A DNA stretch of 52,941 bases, counting the filler, from Sphacelaria rigidula (lineage: Eukaryota): the NCBI GenBank assembly GCA_964200075.2. It is 4 parts of 4 records of this genome, joined end to end, with 100 filler letters (N's around TTAATTAATTAA, not from the genome) between each part and the next. Parts side by side here need not be neighbours in the genome. Positions count along the whole stretch, not along the records: positions 39,784 to 52,941 come from CAXNAA020003111.1; 3 more parts are not named here. One strand, written 5' to 3'. Below the pieces are notes generated by a model. It saw nothing but the letters and a program-made list of their open reading frames with translations. It was not told the DNA's origin and ran no database searches. Positions within the stretch are counted from its first letter, which is position 1. Every line of letters starts with the position of its first letter. Of this stretch, positions 49,490-52,941 are shown in pieces. The translations under genes were made by a program, and so were the position numbers.

Positions 49490-51290
49490 ATGCCGGAGCG
49501 CGTGCTCTTGGAGGCTGTAACGCGCACTCGTGCCGCTCAACACTCGGATCCAGCTACCGCAAATGCCGAGGACAATCAGGATGGCGATGGTTGGGTTCCA
49601 ATGAGTGCTAACTGCCGTGGGAAAAAGAACCACAGAAGGGACGACGACAACAATAGAGGAAGCTCACGCCGCCGCCATGGTGGTGGAGGATCCTCCTCGG
49701 GCGGATCCGCGGACCGAACCGCTCGGGCCGCAATACCCGCGGTGCGAACCGCAAGAAAACCAGAGGCGGTTTTTCCGGATCTAACAAGAAATCTCGGAAC
49801 CGGTCTGACACAAACCTGACCCCTTCGGGTTCGGCAACAACTAGGCAAGTGATACCTAAGTTGGCCGCTGTTTCGGGTCGCATTTGGGGTGCATCTGATA
49901 CGGAAACACCAGACCGTCCATTATATTTCACTGCATCTCGGGCCTTAACAACCGCCGCGGCTGACAAAGAACGTTCCGAAGCTGGTAAAAGAGCAGCTTC
50001 CGCTGAAGTCGAGTCTGCTCGAGTAGCTGCAGTACAGAGACAGTACATTCAGATGAATGTGAAAAAGCTTTGGCGCATTGAAACCATGCCTGCTGCAGAT
50101 AACGAAGATCAAGGACTGTGTACGTCTGCTCTCATCACGTCCATTCGCCGTACCGTTCGCAATATCCTTCAGTTGGCGGATGCAACTGGCGCCCAACGTT
50201 TTGAAGATCCCATTTGGGTAGAGGGTTGGCAGATCCCCATTACATTAATCATTGCATAGATTCATCAGCCGCCGCTCTCCCGACACTGCTGCTTCCCTCA
50301 CACGATCATTGACGGATTCCTCACCGAGATGGATCCGAATCGTGCCAAGGGAAAGACAGGCCCAACATGACTCGCTGATTTGGAAAGGCGTATCTTAGAT
50401 TACTTCGACCGGAGCGACCGAGGAAGCATCATCCAAAGGCTGAGTTCTTTTTCTGTCCCATCGGATGTCCCCTTCGAGGATCATCTTCGCGAGTTTAAGC
50501 TTCTAGTCTCAGGTACTACGGACGCGGACGCCAAAATGGACCGAGTAACGCAATGTGCCAGACATATGTTCGCAAAAACGTTGCTCAGCAGTATCCGACT
50601 CTGATGCCGTCGTTGTTTCCGGGTGTCTTGGTCCATCGCGAGGTGCCTTGCGCCTCCGTGGATGCAATGTGGTCTGCTATTGTACACCAAGAGGGTAATC
50701 TAACGCCCGCCCTACGTGGCAAACCTTATACGCCTCTGCGTTCACAACCCACGGTTGTGTCTTCCGCGAACGCCCGCGGATCTCGCGGCAGGAATTCGAG
50801 TTCATCTCGCACTTCATGGACCCCCGATCCGGTCGCCGGTCCAGTTATGCATGTTCAGAGTAACAGAGATACATTTAGTGCGAGTTTTGATGGTTGGCCG
50901 TTCTCCGAAGAAACTCGGGATGGCGATTATTTGACTTCGACGACGGCATTTATGACGGATGATCGCCATTTGTGGAAACCCACTTCTTTCGTATCCTGCT
51001 AGACCCAACGTCTTCAGCAGTCATGCCAACAGTTGTATCAACTGTAGTGTTCAAGGCCACAGTATGCGCGACTGCGGCAGCCCATGCATCAACACCTTTC
51101 ATATCATGAACCCTGAACTGCAGGACAATGAACCCGCGTGGCGCCGATGGCGAAAACGAATGCGCGACTATCGCCAACCGAGTCGAAATTATCACTGTCA
51201 TTCGAACCAACAAGGTAACAAACGCTTCAATCGCGATCGCCGACAAAACAACAATAATGCAAGCCCCCGCCAGAGAGATAATTCTTAACG
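49490..51290 (+). mobile_element. Degenerate gag-like ORF of an LTR retrotransposon with a CCHC zinc knuckle
   Basis: A chain of + strand ORF pieces (49220-49819, 49849-50259, 50380-50604, 50553-51002, 50959-51288) separated by stops and frameshifts. It includes a capsid-like segment (ILDYFDRSDRGSIIQRLSSFSVPSDVPFEDHLREFKLLV) and an exact C-x2-C-x4-H-x4-C knuckle, CINCSVQGHSMRDC (~51034-51075), followed by a basic/Asn-rich tail. Confidence 0.75.
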
Positions 51291-52858
51291 CAACAACAAA
51301 CGATCCGCTGATAGACACCAGCGGACGGGACCGACACAAAGCTCGAATCCCAACACCAGAAACCCTGGTACCTTTACTACGGATCGCATAGACCCATAAC
51401 GTGCCGACGCCGGCGTTTTAGAGTCTTCCGCGCCGCCGACAGCACTTGCGAAGATTTGTTCAACACAGCTCGCGGAGCCCGTGACTAAGATTGCTCACCC
51501 GACTCCCCCGGTATTATCCAGGAGCGCAACACACGGCCGTCCAAATCGACCCCCATCTCCACCCTCCACAGACCTTTCAACACAGCCCGCAGGGCCCGAG
51601 ACTGAGATTGTAGTCCTTTGGCCTTCAGTCGCTGAAGACACCAAGATCCGCGTGGTGCAGATGGGCTGGTGGTGTAGAGTGCTGACCGGAGCTTGAGCTG
51701 TATGGGTCCAGGGTCATCGATGAAGCGCATTTCGTCGCTATATACGGCTTCACACTTGCATCTGACCAACTCTGAACAGACCTGCGTCTTAAAGCAACCT
51801 GAAATACAACAGCTAGCTGGACCCGTCGACGAGTCTGAGGCGGCATGACAACAGGCTAATACGCTCTTCTTGACAGTGCATCCATAGGTCACACATGGAA
51901 ATGAATCTAGTAATTGATGAACCTGCCGTAATACACGACACTATTGCCTGAGGGTATGTAGGACTGTCGAAAAGTTTGAAACTAGAAAGCTCCAACACGT
52001 TTTGCACGTCCGTACAGTTATGGGTGGGACTGGAGGGCCTAACGACCAAAAGTCAGCGGCAAAAACTAAAAGAAATCAGAAGCGCGGAGGAATAATGAAT
52101 ACGTCACTGGGTGGTCGCACCTGTGCCGAGGCCCTCTCGAGCAGAACGCACGCTTCATCACTTGTAAACTTGGTCAACTATGGGACAGCTGTAGCACGGG
52201 AGATCGCGCGGTTCTCGACACAGGAAGCAAGCCAGCCCACGGCACTTCACCTCCCCCCCATACACACAAGATCTAGGGTATTCCATTTCACATTTTCCCG
52301 CCGTCATGACACAGCGAGAACCCCCCCCCCCAGAGCGCAAAACACCTCATTTTTGTACGTTTGGATTTGTTGCGGCTCAGTACCACGCTCAAAAAAAAAC
52401 GTGAAATGGGTTGACCTAGCTTGGGTGTGTGGAAAGCGCACGCAAGAAACCGCAGTCCAATCCTCTGCATCGTCACCGAGTTCTACGCGTTGCGCGATCG
52501 GCACTTTTGGGTTAAGGATTAGTACCGCTATTCGCGGTCCAACATGGCAAATTCTAAAAAATCGGTGCGCACGCTATTTTTTCTTGCCGCAAGCAAGTTG
52601 TGACGACATGCAGTTTGGTGCGTGCCGCCAGGTGCTCCTGTTAAGTTCTGTGCGGCTGTGCACTAGAGGCAATTTCGCCGCTCAACAGCGAGCAAGTGTC
52701 GAATTTCAGAGGGGGACTTCACAGAAAGAAAACAAAGCTATTATAGCGGCTGCTTCGTGTCAGGGCCTTAGTGCAGAAGCCGAGGCGTCTAGAGCGATTA
52801 TGGTACGTGCACGGCCTTACATCTGCTGGCGACTGTCGGTGATCATATATTTGGTATT

Positions 52859-52941
52859 GGGCAATGGCCTAGAAAAGGTATACCTTCTCGTTTTTTGCCC
52901 AGGAAAGGTAAGAAAAATGGCCAGAAACGCGAAAACAGCCA
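52859..52941 (+). mobile_element. Terminus of the same GGGCAATGGCC element, running off the window end
   Basis: GGGCAATGGCCTAGAAAAGGTATACCTTCTCGTTTTTTGCC..., an inverted match to 13263-13332. Confidence 0.6.

Noticed and set aside
1-52941. Integrated phaeovirus (NCLDV provirus)
   Set aside because: Gene density is very low, TE relics are abundant and no viral core genes were recognised. EsV-1-7 and ankyrin repeats also occur as host gene families.

Overview
Eukaryotic scaffold, most likely a brown alga (Phaeophyceae, Ectocarpus-like). This is inferred from the gene families, the TTAGGG-type repeats and the TE content. The window is four contigs joined by 100-bp N gaps carrying an artificial TTAATTAATTAA spacer. 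It is gene-poor and repeat-rich. The only clearly intact long coding regions are two minus-strand ORFs made of tandem ~38-aa Cys/His EsV-1-7 repeats: ~14 repeats at 16106-18217 and ~24-25 repeats at 41743-45120. Their repeats have a constant scaffold with a few variable positions, and their tails share psi-K-x-E motifs. Around them are a decayed 'GCPW'-type ankyrin-repeat gene, Ty3/gypsy pol and gag relics, two copies of a long-TIR MITE, a second fold-back MITE, outward-facing GGGC-terminated TE ends, remnants of spliced genes, and many tandem and simple repeats. The most interesting hypothesis, which is inference only, is that the EsV-1-7 arrays are modular, reshufflable recognition proteins with a TALE/PPR/ZnF-like residue code.
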